This document shows positions 37,570-38,107 of a stretch of 38,107 nt of DNA, in pieces. Each line of letters begins with the position of its first letter. Positions within the stretch are counted from its first letter, which is position 1. The position numbers and the translations under genes are program-made. The stretch comes from Candidatus Altimarinota bacterium (GTDB lineage: Bacteria > Patescibacteriota > Gracilibacteria > BD1-5 > UBA2023): positions 1 through 38,107 of the forward strand of contig JAYUQR010000045.1 of NCBI GenBank assembly GCA_043756665.1, read 5' to 3'. The notes beneath the pieces are model-generated. The model was given only the letters and a program-made list of their open reading frames with translations, was not told where the DNA came from and ran no database searches.

Positions 37570-38107
37570 TGCAAATCCCAACTATAGATACTCTAGTTAA
37601 TGTCGAAAATCGACCTACTAAAAAACTCCGTACAGAATTATATAATGATCATTTCCAAAACTTCAAAAGGTATAATATACCGAAAGCACAGCTTATCATT
37701 GCGGATATTCCATATAATCTAGGAAATAACGCATACGCTAGTAGTCCGCAATGGTATAATGAGTGAGATAATGAAAAAGGGGAAAGTAAACTAGCAAACA
37801 AGTCATTTTTTGATACAGATAATGATTTTAGAATTGCGGAATTTTTTCATTTTTGTGCTCGTTTACTAAAACCTGAGCCAAAAGAAAAGGGAATGGCACC
37901 TGCGATGATTATTTTTTGCGCATTTGAACAAATGGCAATGGTGGTAGAATTTGGAAAAAAGCATGGTTTTGAAAATTCATACCCATTATTTTTTATTAAA
38001 AATTTCTCCTGACAAGTTCTAAAAGCAAATATGAAGATAGTATGAGCCACAGAACATGCAGTAGTATTATACAGAGATAAGCTCCCAAAGTTTAATAATG
38101 GGAAAAA
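37569..38107 (+). CDS. DNA methyltransferase, 5' portion (motif IV DIPY); continues at 1..315
   Basis: ATG 37569; the frame is open to the window end with three in-frame TGA (37765-37767, 38010-38012, 38043-38045). Product MQIPTIDTLVNVENRPTKKLRTELYNDHFQNFKRYNIPKAQLIIADIPYNLGNNAYASSPQWYNEGDNEKG... The AdoMet-binding half is missing here and is found at the window start. Confidence 0.85.

Noticed and set aside
1-38107. TGA = tryptophan (table 4) as the explanation for the broken ORFs.
   Set aside because: TGA falls on invariant glycines (GSGTT, DPPYG, HELGH, NGSDAFRY), and poly-TGA stretches make Gly-rich linkers and Gly-zippers. Trp at these positions would be implausible, and TGG is used normally for Trp.

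Overview
This 38.1-kb AT-rich window reads as a complete tailed-phage genome, probably circular or circularly permuted. Its genes only make sense if TGA is translated as glycine (translation table 25, known from Gracilibacteria/Absconditabacteria). The supplied standard-code ORF track is therefore fragmented, and some of its 'M' starts are GTG/TTG. I stitched ORFs across in-frame TGA and accepted only TAA/TAG as stops. Layout: (1) A rightward early module runs 31241..38107 and continues into 1..2593, ending at a strong hairpin terminator (2570..2593). It holds an ERF-type recombinase, a HAD phosphatase, two DPPY-type DNA methyltransferases, a RusA-like resolvase, many small ORFs and two paralogous (Gly-X)n repeat proteins. 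(2) A leftward module runs from 30053 down to 2650. It starts with an initiator-like gene carrying internal iteron-like repeats and a nuclease-like gene, then a terminator/promoter junction near 28.1 kb. After that come small and large terminase, portal, scaffold, major capsid and connector/tail proteins. These are followed by a 1357-aa fibre/spike, a 949-aa M23-like protein, a 1283-aa Gly-zipper plus HExxH protein and more fibre-like genes. The module ends with a run of small membrane proteins and a Cys-peptidase-like protein that looks like a lysis cassette. The two modules diverge from a ~1.2-kb non-coding region (30054..31240) containing an inverted repeat and two structured-RNA candidates. 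I recognised no integrase, repressor, rRNA, canonical tRNA, CRISPR array or IS element. All functional calls rest on motifs read by eye plus gene order; no database search was possible, so product names beyond terminase, methyltransferases, capsid and ERF are tentative.
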